A stretch of DNA of 64,000 nt from a virus (Duplodnaviria; Heunggongvirae; Uroviricota; Caudoviricetes), in IMG/VR virus record IMGVR_UViG_3300028025_000093, positions 88,650 to 152,649 of that record; one strand, 5' to 3'. Shown here piece after piece: positions 9,844-19,375 of this stretch. Positions within the stretch are counted from its first letter, which is position 1; each line of letters starts with the position of its first letter. The notes below the pieces were generated by a model, which saw only the letters and a program-made list of their open reading frames with translations, did not search any database and had not been told where the DNA came from. The translations under genes were made by a program, and so were the position numbers.

Positions 9844-12033
9844 ATGCCTTTTCAACTTAGTCCTGGCGTTGCAGTTGTAGAAAAAGACTTCACATCAATC
9901 GTTCCAGCAGTATCTACTGCAGCTGGAGGTTTTGCTGGTGCGTTCCAATGGGGTCCATGTCTACAACCAGTGACAATTAACTCAGAAAACGATTTAGTAC
10001 GACGTTTCGGTAAGCCATCCGATGTATTATTTCAATCATTTTTTACAGCTGCCAACTTTTTAAGTTATACAAATAACTTACTAGTAGTTCGTGCTGATAC
10101 ATTATCTCACAGAAATGCTGTTGCTAGCGTATCTGGTACTCTACAAAGCGTAACAATGACCAACGTTGGTTCTGGTTATACCAGTGTCCCAACTGTTGCA
10201 TTTAGCGCACCTCAAATTCCTGGTGGCGTAACTGCTACTGGTACTGCTGTTTTATCTGGTGGTGGCGTAACTGCTGCTACTATTGCTAACCAAGGTAGTG
10301 GTTATATTAGTGCCTTAGTTACTTTTAGTGCACCACAAAATTCAAGTGGCGTACTTGCTACTGGTACTGCTACTATTGTTGGTGGTGCAATTACAGGTAT
10401 CTCAATCACTAATGCTGGTTCTGGTTATACTATCGCTCCTACTGTAACAATTACATCAGCAAGTGGTGTTGGTGCTACAGTTGGTGTTGTTACTATTCAA
10501 GCATCTACTGTTGTTGGTATTACTACTAATAATGGTGGTACTGGTTATACTACTGCTCCTACTGTAACAATTACTGGTGGTGGTGGAACTGCAGCAGCTG
10601 CAACAGCTTCTATTCAAGTTGGTGGCGTTAAGATTCTAAACGAAAACGATTACTTAGCTAACTGGGCTGCTGGCTCTGGTGTTAATGGTGAGTGGGCTGC
10701 AAAATACCCAGGAACTCTAGGTAACTCTATTAAAGTTTCTATGTGCGGTAATACTGCTGCATTTACAACTTGGGAATATAAAGCAGAATTTGATTCTGCA
10801 CCTGGAACTTCTGATTACGCTGCTAGCGTATCTGGTTCTAATGACGAATTACACGTTATCGTTATTGATAATGATGGTCGTTGGACAGGTCAGCCTGGAG
10901 CAGTTCTAGAAAAGTTTGCTTATGTTTCTAAAGCATCTGATGCTAAAAAATCTGATGGTACAAACAACTACTATAAAGATGTAATCAATGGTCGTTCAGA
11001 GTATATCTGGTGGACTGATTTCCCATTAAATACTGGTAACACAGCTCCAGTAACTGATTGGGGTATCATTGCTACTAATAATGCGTTTGATGATTGCGGT
11101 AATAAGACTTATATTTTAGCTGGTGGTGTTGATACAACTGTTCCTACAGATGGTCAGTTGATGACAGCATGGGATATCTATCGTGACGACAGTCGTTATG
11201 ATGTATCTCTAATGCCAATTGGTAAAGCAAGCACTACTGTTGCTAACTTTGTTATTGCAATAGCAGAAGAGCGCAAAGATTGTATGGTCTTTATTTCCCC
11301 ACAAGACGTTTCTAGTGGTGAGATTATCCAGAACAGTCAGTATCAAACTGGCGCAATTGAAAAGATTATTGCTTACCGTAATGCTCTACCATCAACTTCT
11401 TATGCTGCGCTAGACTCTGGTTACAAATATCAGTATGATCGCTATAACGACAAATATCGTTTTATTGCTCTAAATGGTGACGTTGCTGGTCTATGTGCTC
11501 GCACTGATTACACTAATGATCCTTGGTTCTCTCCAGGTGGTCTAAATCGTGGTCAAATCAAGAACGTAGTTAAGTTAGCAGTTCATCTACACAAGACTGA
11601 TCGTGATAACCTTTACAAAGCTGGTATTAACCCTGTTGTTAATTTCCCAGGAGAAGGTACTGTTCTATTCGGTGACAAGACTTTATTATCTAAGCCAAGT
11701 GCTTTTGATCGTATTAACGTACGTCGTCTATTCATCGTTATGGAAAAAGCAATTGCTACTGCTGCTAAATTCCAGTTGTTTGAATTCAACGATGGATTTA
11801 CTCGTGCTCAGTTCCGTAACTTAGTAGAGCCATTCCTACGTGATGTTCAAGGTCGTCGTGGTATTACTGATTTCGTAGTTAAGTGCGATGATTCTAACAA
11901 CACTGGTGAAGTTATTGATCGTAACGAATTTGTTGCTGACATCTTTATCAAGCCAAATCGTTCTATCAACTTTATCACTCTTAACTTTGTTGCTGCTCGC
12001 TCTGGAATTAACTTTTCAGAGATCGGTGCGTAA
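9844..12033 (+). CDS. tail sheath protein (gp18-like) with inserted repeat domain
   Basis: 729 aa with a strong AAGGAGA RBS. Sheath-like N- and C-terminal regions flank an insertion (about 10160-10610) of five 'GSGYTxxPTVTIT'-type repeats. Confidence 0.85.
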   Translation: MPFQLSPGVAVVEKDFTSIVPAVSTAAGGFAGAFQWGPCLQPVTINSENDLVRRFGKPSDVLFQSFFTAANFLSYTNNLLVVRADTLSHRNAVASVSGTLQSVTMTNVGSGYTSVPTVAFSAPQIPGGVTATGTAVLSGGGVTAATIANQGSGYISALVTFSAPQNSSGVLATGTATIVGGAITGISITNAGSGYTIAPTVTITSASGVGATVGVVTIQASTVVGITTNNGGTGYTTAPTVTITGGGGTAAAATASIQVGGVKILNENDYLANWAAGSGVNGEWAAKYPGTLGNSIKVSMCGNTAAFTTWEYKAEFDSAPGTSDYAASVSGSNDELHVIVIDNDGRWTGQPGAVLEKFAYVSKASDAKKSDGTNNYYKDVINGRSEYIWWTDFPLNTGNTAPVTDWGIIATNNAFDDCGNKTYILAGGVDTTVPTDGQLMTAWDIYRDDSRYDVSLMPIGKASTTVANFVIAIAEERKDCMVFISPQDVSSGEIIQNSQYQTGAIEKIIAYRNALPSTSYAALDSGYKYQYDRYNDKYRFIALNGDVAGLCARTDYTNDPWFSPGGLNRGQIKNVVKLAVHLHKTDRDNLYKAGINPVVNFPGEGTVLFGDKTLLSKPSAFDRINVRRLFIVMEKAIATAAKFQLFEFNDGFTRAQFRNLVEPFLRDVQGRRGITDFVVKCDDSNNTGEVIDRNEFVADIFIKPNRSINFITLNFVAARSGINFSEIGA

Positions 12034-12036
12034 CGA

Positions 12037-12043
12037 CTAAATA
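12037..12043 (+). promoter_or_regulatory. CTAAATA late-promoter-like motif
   Basis: The heptamer lies 20 nt upstream of the tail tube ATG and is followed by an AAGGAGA RBS. Confidence 0.4.
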
Positions 12044-12063
12044 AAGAGAACAAGGAGAATTAA

Positions 12064-12657
12064 ATGGCAAATATTAGCGATTTCAAAGCGCAAATGATTG
12101 GTGGCGGTGCTCGTCCCAATCAATTCCGTGTTGAATTAGTATTCCCTAGCTACGTACCACTAGGTATCGTAGCTGGTCAGCGTGCTCAGTTCTTGTGTAA
12201 AGCTGCACAGTTACCTGCTTCCACTATTGAGAACATTCAAGTTCTTTATAAAGGTCGTCAGATTAACTTTGCAGGTGAACGTAACTTTACACCTTGGACT
12301 GTAACAATCTATAACGATACAACTTTTAACATCCGCAACGCCATGGAACAATGGCAAGCTGGTATTCAAAGTTACTCAAGCACAGACGGTAGAACTAATC
12401 CACGTGATTATCAAGTAGATTTACAAGTTCATCAATTAGATCGTAGTGGTGCAATCATCAAGAGCTATAAGTTCGTTGATGCTTTCCCTACTAACATTGG
12501 TCCGATTGCGTTGGATTTTGACCAACAAAATCAGATCGAACAGTTTGACGTAGAATTCCAGTTTAATTACTTTACTTCTAACGCAACTGAGGGTGGTGGA
12601 ATCAATGTTAATGTTTCAGTTGATACACCAATCGGTAGCTTCCCACTACCTATCTAA
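12064..12657 (+). CDS. tail tube protein (gp19-like)
   Basis: Directly follows the sheath gene, as in T4-like phages. Size and beta-rich composition are consistent with a tube protein. Confidence 0.7.
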   Translation: MANISDFKAQMIGGGARPNQFRVELVFPSYVPLGIVAGQRAQFLCKAAQLPASTIENIQVLYKGRQINFAGERNFTPWTVTIYNDTTFNIRNAMEQWQAGIQSYSSTDGRTNPRDYQVDLQVHQLDRSGAIIKSYKFVDAFPTNIGPIALDFDQQNQIEQFDVEFQFNYFTSNATEGGGINVNVSVDTPIGSFPLPI

Positions 12658-12676
12658 CTAGGTTGACAATTTAATT

Positions 12677-14242
12677 ATGCAATTATTTGGATTCGAGATA
12701 ACACGTAAAACTGAAAAAGAGGTCGGAGCTGTAGTAACTCCGATCTCTGATGACGGCTCAACAGTTGTATCTTCCAATGCCACTTCCTATTATGGAATGG
12801 TTATGGATTTGGATACCATTGTTAAGAATGAGAACGATTTAATTAGACGTTATCGTGATACAGCAATGTACGCTGATTGCGATGCAGCCATTGAAGACAT
12901 TGTAAATGAAGCAATCATTTCAGAGTCTGATGATCAAGCTGTAAAGATTAACTTAGATAAAGTTAAGTTGTCTGAGTCTATTAAAAATAAGATTCGTGCA
13001 GAGTTTGACGAAATCTTACGTTTATATAATTTCGATGATAAAGGTCACGAAATTTTCCGTCAGTGGTATATTGATGGGCGTAGTTATTACAATATTCTTT
13101 TGGATGTTGAGAATCCAAAAGCTGGAATTCAAGAATTGCGTTATGTGGATCCTAGAAAGATTCGCAAGATTAAAAATGTGGAAAAGAAACGCAACCCACA
13201 AGGTATTGATATCGCTGTAAAGACTGAAGAGTATTACATTTACAACGATAAAGGAATCACTGAGGCACAAGTTGGTGGTGTTAAACTGTCTGTTGATTCT
13301 ATTGTCTACTGTCCTTCTGGATATGTAGACCACAATTCAGGTTTAATGCTTTCGTATTTACACAAAGCTATTAAGCCAACCAATCAATTAAAGATGATTG
13401 AAGATGCGGTTGTTATTTACCGTATTAGTCGTGCTCCAGAACGTAGAGTGTTTTATGTTGATGTTGGTAACTTGCCTAAATTAAAGGCTGAGCAATACGT
13501 TAATGATATTATGAACAAGTTTAAAAATAAAATTGTTTATGATGCAACTACTGGTGAAACACGTGACGATCGTCGCCATCTATCAATGATGGAAGATTTC
13601 TGGATGCCACGTCGTGAAGGTGGTAAGGGTACTGAAATTACCACATTACCAGGTGGACAGAATTTGGGTGACATTCAAGACATTCAATACTTCCAACAGA
13701 AGTTATATCAAGCATTGAATGTTCCACTATCAAGATTACAACCATCAACTGGGTTTGCACTTGGTAGATCTACTGAAATTACACGTGATGAAATTAAGTT
13801 TAATAAATTTATCCAACGTGTACGTAAAAAGTTTAGTACCCTATTTGGTGCAGCATTACGTGTTCAGTTGATTGCAAAGAATATTATTAAGCCAGAAGAA
13901 TGGAAAGGCTTAGAGCAGTTAATACAGTATGATTATCAGCAAGACAATAACTTTGCTGAATTAAAAGACAATGAACTTTTAATACAACGTGTAACTGCCC
14001 TGACTCAAATGGAACCATTCATTGGTAGATTTTATTCTGCCAAGTGGATTCGTAAAAATGTATTACATCAAACTGACGATGAGATCGAACAGTTGGATAA
14101 AGAAATGCAAGAAGATCGTGATACAGCTTTTGATGATGCTGAACACAAAGGTGCACTTGCTGGTACTACTCAAGTAGCACAACAGAAAGAATTATCAGAT
14201 AATGGATTTGGTGGTGATGAACAATCACCTAATGCACAATAA
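12677..14242 (+). CDS. portal vertex protein (gp20-like)
   Basis: 521 aa (T4 gp20 is 524 aa), in the expected position between the tube and prohead core genes. Confidence 0.85.
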   Translation: MQLFGFEITRKTEKEVGAVVTPISDDGSTVVSSNATSYYGMVMDLDTIVKNENDLIRRYRDTAMYADCDAAIEDIVNEAIISESDDQAVKINLDKVKLSESIKNKIRAEFDEILRLYNFDDKGHEIFRQWYIDGRSYYNILLDVENPKAGIQELRYVDPRKIRKIKNVEKKRNPQGIDIAVKTEEYYIYNDKGITEAQVGGVKLSVDSIVYCPSGYVDHNSGLMLSYLHKAIKPTNQLKMIEDAVVIYRISRAPERRVFYVDVGNLPKLKAEQYVNDIMNKFKNKIVYDATTGETRDDRRHLSMMEDFWMPRREGGKGTEITTLPGGQNLGDIQDIQYFQQKLYQALNVPLSRLQPSTGFALGRSTEITRDEIKFNKFIQRVRKKFSTLFGAALRVQLIAKNIIKPEEWKGLEQLIQYDYQQDNNFAELKDNELLIQRVTALTQMEPFIGRFYSAKWIRKNVLHQTDDEIEQLDKEMQEDRDTAFDDAEHKGALAGTTQVAQQKELSDNGFGGDEQSPNAQ

Positions 14243-14252
14243 GGAGATGAAA

Positions 14253-14462
14253 ATGACAGAATCAGTAAAGAACTTAATTAACGCAATATCAGCAGGGGAT
14301 GCTGTTGAAACTGAAAATGCGTTTCAATTAGCAATCGCAGATAAGATTTCAGCCAGACTTGATGATATGAAGATTGAAGTTGCAAAGGGTATGTTTGCGC
14401 AACAAGATTCAGCTGAAGCTGAACAAGAAGTAGAACAAGAAACTCAAACTACAGAAGAATAA
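14253..14462 (+). CDS. prohead core protein (gp67-like), small with acidic C-terminus
   Basis: AAGGAGA RBS followed by ATG at 14253. A small protein ending in 'EQEVEQETQTTEE', at the position of T4 gene 67. Confidence 0.4.
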   Translation: MTESVKNLINAISAGDAVETENAFQLAIADKISARLDDMKIEVAKGMFAQQDSAEAEQEVEQETQTTEE

Positions 14463-14890
14463 TGCATTACTCTAAGTTTATCAAAAGTATTAATTCTTCT
14501 GCTGCTCCAGTAGTAGCCGAAGAAACTACACTTGATGAAATAATCAAAGAGTCGTACGAAGATATTGAAGATGGTCGAATCGCTACTATCATACGAGAAC
14601 ACCACGATATTAAAGTTACAAATACGTTAATAGAATCATACAGAGAATTAGCTGCTTCTAAAATATTTACCGTTGATCCAATCGTACAAGAAATTAGAAA
14701 ATTAAACAAATTAGATTCGATCGTTGAAAATAAGATTCACTACACTTTGAATGATAATTCTGTTGTTGCAATAAATGAAGGTACACAAGAAGTCCTAAAT
14801 AATTTATTGTCAAAAGATAAAGAAGTTATTGAGTACATGCGAGAAAGCAAGAGTAATTTCTTTTATGTGCTTAAGAAAATTAAGGAATAA
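14462..14890 (+). CDS. prohead core protein (gp68-like)
   Basis: 142 aa (T4 gp68 is 141 aa), between the gp67-like and gp21 genes. Start overlaps the upstream stop (TAATG). Confidence 0.4.
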   Translation: MHYSKFIKSINSSAAPVVAEETTLDEIIKESYEDIEDGRIATIIREHHDIKVTNTLIESYRELAASKIFTVDPIVQEIRKLNKLDSIVENKIHYTLNDNSVVAINEGTQEVLNNLLSKDKEVIEYMRESKSNFFYVLKKIKE

Positions 14891-14892
14891 AG

Positions 14893-15324
14893 ATGGCATT
14901 AACTAAAACCATATTAAAGATGACAGAGACAGAAACTGTCGTTAAGGTTGCTGGTGCTGCTGGATCAGCCACTATTGACTTGCAAACAGATTTAGTTGAC
15001 ACAAATCAAGCTACATCAGGTGCAACTCAAACAGTTACTATTACTGGTGTTCGCTGGAATGGTGAACTTAGTAATACCCTTAATATAACAAGAAATAGCA
15101 TAAGAGTACTTACTCTGCCAACTGAGTTGGGTGATTACATTGCGTTTGATGGTCAAGAAATGCCACCAGAAAATACTGAAGCTACTTCTGATATTGTAAT
15201 CAGTCAAACTGGCACTGGTCAAGTAGAATTGTATTTAAAACTACGTAAAGTTTCTGGTTATGCACCTAAGGTTGAAACCACACAATTCAGCGTCTATGAT
15301 GACGTTAATACAGTAGGAAGCTAA
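14893..15324 (+). CDS. conserved hypothetical protein; paralog of 62358..62843
   Basis: The N-terminus ('ILKMTETETVVKV…') and C-terminus ('…PKVETTQFSVYDDVNTVGS') align with the ORF at 62358 ('ILKNTETEAVVKV…PKVETAQFGSYDNTTVVGS'). Confidence 0.5.
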   Translation: MALTKTILKMTETETVVKVAGAAGSATIDLQTDLVDTNQATSGATQTVTITGVRWNGELSNTLNITRNSIRVLTLPTELGDYIAFDGQEMPPENTEATSDIVISQTGTGQVELYLKLRKVSGYAPKVETTQFSVYDDVNTVGS

Positions 15325-15325
15325 A

Positions 15326-15979
15326 ATGAGACTAATCAAAGAAGTTTTCGACACAACAAACGTAATCGTTGAATCGAAGCTAGGTAAACCAAAACAATAT
15401 TTTATTGAAGGTGTTTTCCTTCAATCTGAATTGCAAAACCGTAACGGACGTATGTATCCAGAGAAAATTATGGATAAAGAAGTTAGCCGTTATATGGAAA
15501 GTTATGTTGCCAAGAATCGTGCTTATGGAGAACTAGGTCATCCAGATTCACCTTCTATTAATTTAGATCGTGTTTCTCACTTGATCGTAGATCTACGTAA
15601 AGAAGGCACTAACTACATCGGTCGAGCAAAAATTTTAGATACTCCAATGGGTCAAATCGCCAAAGGTCTTTTAGATGGTGGTGCTAACCTTGGTGTTTCT
15701 AGTCGAGCACTTGGTTCTTTACAAATGAACAAAGAAGGTGTTCAAGTGGTACAAGACGACTTCATGCTGTCAACAGCAGCAGATATCGTTGCGGACCCAT
15801 CCGCTCCAGATGCTTTCGTTCAAGGTATTATGGAAAGCAAAGAGTGGGTATTTGTTGATGGAAAGTTTGTGGAGAAGCATATTGAAGAGGCACGTAAGAG
15901 TATTATGAAAGCCACTTCCAAGAATCTAGATGAAGCGAAAATACTCGCTTTTCAGAATTTTCTGAGAGAAATCAGATAA
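15326..15979 (+). CDS. prohead core protease (gp21-like)
   Basis: The N-terminus and the 'GELGHPDSP…DRVSH' region match the T4 gp21 family. It sits immediately upstream of the scaffold and major capsid genes. Confidence 0.85.
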   Translation: MRLIKEVFDTTNVIVESKLGKPKQYFIEGVFLQSELQNRNGRMYPEKIMDKEVSRYMESYVAKNRAYGELGHPDSPSINLDRVSHLIVDLRKEGTNYIGRAKILDTPMGQIAKGLLDGGANLGVSSRALGSLQMNKEGVQVVQDDFMLSTAADIVADPSAPDAFVQGIMESKEWVFVDGKFVEKHIEEARKSIMKATSKNLDEAKILAFQNFLREIR

Positions 15980-16023
15980 ATAATAAATAATTACATAGAA
16001 CTAATCCAGTTAGGAGAAAAACG

Positions 16024-16941
16024 ATGTCAATCGAACAAAAAATCGCTGAGCTTCTTGCAGAATCTAAAGCTGCTCAATTAGAAGAACAAATTACTGAAGA
16101 GACTACTGAAGAAGTAGTATCAGAAGAAGTTGTTGAAGAAATTGCACAAGAACTCGATGAAGCAAAAAAGAAAGAAGTTTGCGAAGACGAGGAACTTAAA
16201 GAAGAAGAACTTACTGTTGACGTGTCAGCTGATGTTGCTGCACTAATCAATGGCGAAGAACTTACTGAAGAATTTAAAACTAAAGCTGCTACTATTTTTG
16301 AAGCAGCAGTAGTTAATCGAGTAAAGCAAGAAGTTGCTAAACTTGAAGAAGAATACGCAGCTCTTTTAATCAAAGAGTCTGAAGAAATTGCAGAGGGTCT
16401 TATTGAAAAGGTTGATGGATATCTCGACTACGTTGTCGAGCAGTGGATTGCACAGAATGAACTAGCCCTTGAGCATGGTATGAAGTCCGAAATCCTAGAA
16501 GGATTTGTTGCTGGACTAAAAGGTCTTTTCGAAGAACATTATATCGATATTCCTGAAGAGAAATTCGACGTAGTGGGCGTAATGGAAAGTACTATTGAAG
16601 AACTAGAAACTAAGTTAAATGAGCAAGTTGCTGCTAATGTTGAGCTAAACAAAACTGTTGGCGAAATGAAGCGTAGCGAGATCGTTGAGACAGCCTGTGA
16701 AGGTTTATCTGATACTGAAGTTGAGAAGTTCAAAGGTCTAGCTGAAGAGTTAGCATATGAAGATGTTGAAACTTTTACTACTAAAGTTCAAACTATTCGT
16801 GAAAGCTACTTCACTACCAAAGCACAATCAGATGTTGCATCTGTAGTTACTGATTCCCCTGTAGAAATGCTTGCTGAAGAAAAGAAATTAGATCCAGCAA
16901 TGGCACAATACTTGGCAGCAATTAATCAGTTCAAAAAATAA
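16024..16941 (+). CDS. prohead scaffold protein (gp22-like)
   Basis: Highly acidic, Glu-rich, coiled-coil-type protein located between gp21 and gp23. Confidence 0.7.
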   Translation: MSIEQKIAELLAESKAAQLEEQITEETTEEVVSEEVVEEIAQELDEAKKKEVCEDEELKEEELTVDVSADVAALINGEELTEEFKTKAATIFEAAVVNRVKQEVAKLEEEYAALLIKESEEIAEGLIEKVDGYLDYVVEQWIAQNELALEHGMKSEILEGFVAGLKGLFEEHYIDIPEEKFDVVGVMESTIEELETKLNEQVAANVELNKTVGEMKRSEIVETACEGLSDTEVEKFKGLAEELAYEDVETFTTKVQTIRESYFTTKAQSDVASVVTDSPVEMLAEEKKLDPAMAQYLAAINQFKK

Positions 16942-16964
16942 AATCTTTTTAAAAGGAAACTAAA

Positions 16965-18233
16965 ATGACAACTCGTCAAGAATTAATGGAAAAATGGGCA
17001 CCAGTATTAAATGCTGAAGCTGCTCCACAAATTAAAGATCAGTACCGTAGAGAAGTTACTGCTGTTCTTTTAGAGAACCAAGAACGCGAAGCTGCTAAGC
17101 AGAACCAAGTGTTCACTGAAGCTACTCATGCAAACGCTGGTGGTACTGGTGTTGCTTTAGGTGGTGCAGGTACTAACGCAAACATGGCTGGTTACGATCC
17201 AGTTCTTATCAATCTAGTACGTCGTGCTGCTCCACAGATGATCGCTTATGACATCGCTGGTGTTCAGCCAATGACTCAGCCAACTGGCTTGATCTTTGCA
17301 ATGAAGAGCAAGTATACTAGCCAAGCTGGCGCAGAAGCATTGTTCAATGAAGCTGATACAGACTTTGCTGGTACAGGTACTCACGCTGGTGCAAACCCAG
17401 TTGACGGTACTTATACTACTGGTACTGGTATGTCTACTGATACTGCTGAAGGTCTTGGCGATAGCACTGCTTTCGGTCAAATGGCTTTCTCTATCGAGAA
17501 GACTACTGTAACTGCTAAGACACGTGCTTTGAAAGCAGAATACACTGTTGAATTGGCTCAAGACTTACAAGCTGTTCACGGTCTAAACGCTGAAGCTGAA
17601 CTAAGCAACATCCTTTCAACAGAAATCACTGCTGAATTGAACCGTGAAGTTGTACGTACTGTTTACACTGCTGCTAAAGTTGGTGCTGAAATCGGTACTG
17701 CTACTGCTGGTACTTTTGACCTTGACGTTGACGCAAATGGTCGTTGGTCTGTTGAGAAGTTCAAAGGTCTATTGTTCCAAATCGAACGTGAAGCAAACGC
17801 TATTGCCCAGACTACTCGTCGTGGCCGTGGTAACTTCATCATCTGTTCTTCTGACGTAGCTTCTGCTTTGGCAATGGCTGGCGTACTTGACTATGCTCCT
17901 GCATTGTCAACTGGTTTGAACGTAGATGAGGCTTCTACTACTTTCGCTGGTGTTCTAAATGGTAAGTACAAAGTATATGTTGACCCATATTCTGCTAACC
18001 AATCTGCTAGCCAGTTCTTTGTAGTTGGTTACAAAGGTACTTCTGCGTTTGACGCTGGTTTGTTCTATTGCCCATACGTTCCACTACAGAAAGTAAACGC
18101 AATTGATCCAAACACTTTCCAGCCAAAAATTGGCTTCAAGACTCGCTACGGTATGGTTGCAAACCCATTCACTAGCTTGTCTTCAGGTGCTAACATCTAT
18201 TACCGTAAAGTTAAAGTTACTAACATTATGTAA
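16965..18233 (+). CDS. major capsid protein (gp23-like)
   Basis: Position after the scaffold gene, and composition typical of a gp23-family protein. A strong terminator follows it. Confidence 0.85.
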   Translation: MTTRQELMEKWAPVLNAEAAPQIKDQYRREVTAVLLENQEREAAKQNQVFTEATHANAGGTGVALGGAGTNANMAGYDPVLINLVRRAAPQMIAYDIAGVQPMTQPTGLIFAMKSKYTSQAGAEALFNEADTDFAGTGTHAGANPVDGTYTTGTGMSTDTAEGLGDSTAFGQMAFSIEKTTVTAKTRALKAEYTVELAQDLQAVHGLNAEAELSNILSTEITAELNREVVRTVYTAAKVGAEIGTATAGTFDLDVDANGRWSVEKFKGLLFQIEREANAIAQTTRRGRGNFIICSSDVASALAMAGVLDYAPALSTGLNVDEASTTFAGVLNGKYKVYVDPYSANQSASQFFVVGYKGTSAFDAGLFYCPYVPLQKVNAIDPNTFQPKIGFKTRYGMVANPFTSLSSGANIYYRKVKVTNIM

Positions 18234-18280
18234 TTCATAATGTTGGTTTCATAGAAACTGACGATAAGAAGCAGTGTTTA

Positions 18281-18310
18281 AGGGGAACAGAAATGTTCCC
18301 CTTTTTTATT
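18281..18310 (+). terminator. rho-independent terminator after the major capsid gene
   Basis: AGGGGAACA-gaaa-TGTTCCCCT perfect hairpin followed by TTTTTTATT. Confidence 0.8.
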
Positions 18311-18314
18311 TGTC

Positions 18315-18321
18315 CTAAATA
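18315..18321 (+). promoter_or_regulatory. CTAAATA late-promoter-like motif
   Basis: The heptamer lies 19 nt upstream of the ATG at 18341. Confidence 0.4.
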
Positions 18322-18340
18322 AAAGAAACGAGAACTGACT

Positions 18341-18877
18341 ATGACCAACAGAACATTAAGTTGCCCGATTCCTGATAACATTTCACCATTGTCACCAAAT
18401 GGGTTTCAGTTTGGCATTCAAAAATTACCACAACTTAGCTTCTTTTGCCAACAGGTAAATCTTCCAGGAATTACATTGGGATCACCAGAGTTTGGTAACC
18501 CATTTAACGTTGCACCAATTCCAGGTGATACGCTAACGTATGATACTTTATCTGTTCAGTTTTTGGTTGATGAAAATATGTCCAATTATAAAGCAATATA
18601 TAATTGGGTAGTTGCACTGGGTTTCCCAGAAACATATGAGCAATACTTGACTTTAATAAGTGGTGCTGATATTAATAGTTTAAGTGAACTTGCAAAGAAT
18701 TATTCCGATGCATCTTTAACAATATTGGGTGCGTCAAATAATCCTGTGCAAACAATTGAATTCTACGATTTGTTTCCTGTAACTATTGACTCATTAATGT
18801 TTCAGTCAACAAACCAAGACGTGCAATACTTAGTTGGGAATGCAACTTTTAGATACGCTTATTATAAATTTTTGTAA
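18341..18877 (+). CDS. putative tail completion / sheath stabiliser (gp3-like)
   Basis: 178 aa (T4 gp3 is 176 aa). In cyanomyoviruses it sits right after gp23 and before uvsY. The assignment rests on synteny and size only. Confidence 0.35.
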   Translation: MTNRTLSCPIPDNISPLSPNGFQFGIQKLPQLSFFCQQVNLPGITLGSPEFGNPFNVAPIPGDTLTYDTLSVQFLVDENMSNYKAIYNWVVALGFPETYEQYLTLISGADINSLSELAKNYSDASLTILGASNNPVQTIEFYDLFPVTIDSLMFQSTNQDVQYLVGNATFRYAYYKFL

Positions 18878-18883
18878 AATACT

Positions 18884-18911
18884 TGCTTTAAATTGCAAGG
18901 TGTAGTATAAT
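18884..18911 (+). promoter_or_regulatory. sigma70-like early promoter (TTGCTT-N16-TATAAT) upstream of uvsY
   Basis: 'aCTTGCTTTAAATTgcaaggtgtagTATAAT' belongs to the conserved CTTTACTTTAATT promoter family seen at seven other intergenic sites. Confidence 0.55.
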
Positions 18912-18937
18912 GATAGTTATGTCCATGTGAGGAAATT

Positions 18938-19375
18938 ATGACTTTAAATGAATTGCAAGAAATGTGGGAAACTGATGCTGGGATAGATGATAACTATCTT
19001 GGTGAAAGTTCTGTCGCCACTCCAAAACTCCACGCCAAATATATCAAACTGCTTGTCGGTGCAAAACTCAAGCACACTAAACTTCAATCAGATTATTTGC
19101 TACTGCGCAAAAACAAATTTCGTTTATATCGTGGCGAGTTATCTCGTGATGAATTAACAAATCTTGGTTGGGCTCAGTGGCAAGGTGTTAAGCCATTGAA
19201 GAATGAGATGGATGAATTTTTACAAGGTGACTCTGAGTTAGTCACTATTAAAGTAAAGATTGATTATCTTGAAACAATGATTTATTTTTTAGAATCCGTT
19301 CTAGGTCAAATCAAAGCCAGAGACTGGCAGATTAAAACTGCCGTGGAATGGAAACGATTCTTAGCTGGTATGTAA
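18938..19375 (+). CDS. uvsY: recombination mediator UvsY
   Basis: 145 aa, collinear with T4 UvsY. The C-terminus 'IKARDWQIKTAVEWKRFLAGM' matches T4 'IKSRGFAIKHIQDMRAFEAGK', and the gene is adjacent to uvsW. Confidence 0.7.
   Translation: MTLNELQEMWETDAGIDDNYLGESSVATPKLHAKYIKLLVGAKLKHTKLQSDYLLLRKNKFRLYRGELSRDELTNLGWAQWQGVKPLKNEMDEFLQGDSELVTIKVKIDYLETMIYFLESVLGQIKARDWQIKTAVEWKRFLAGM

Noticed and set aside
17214-17561. 115-aa minus-strand ORF and 71-aa alternative-frame + ORF inside the major capsid gene
   Set aside because: Embedded in a highly expressed, strongly supported gene. No initiation signals.
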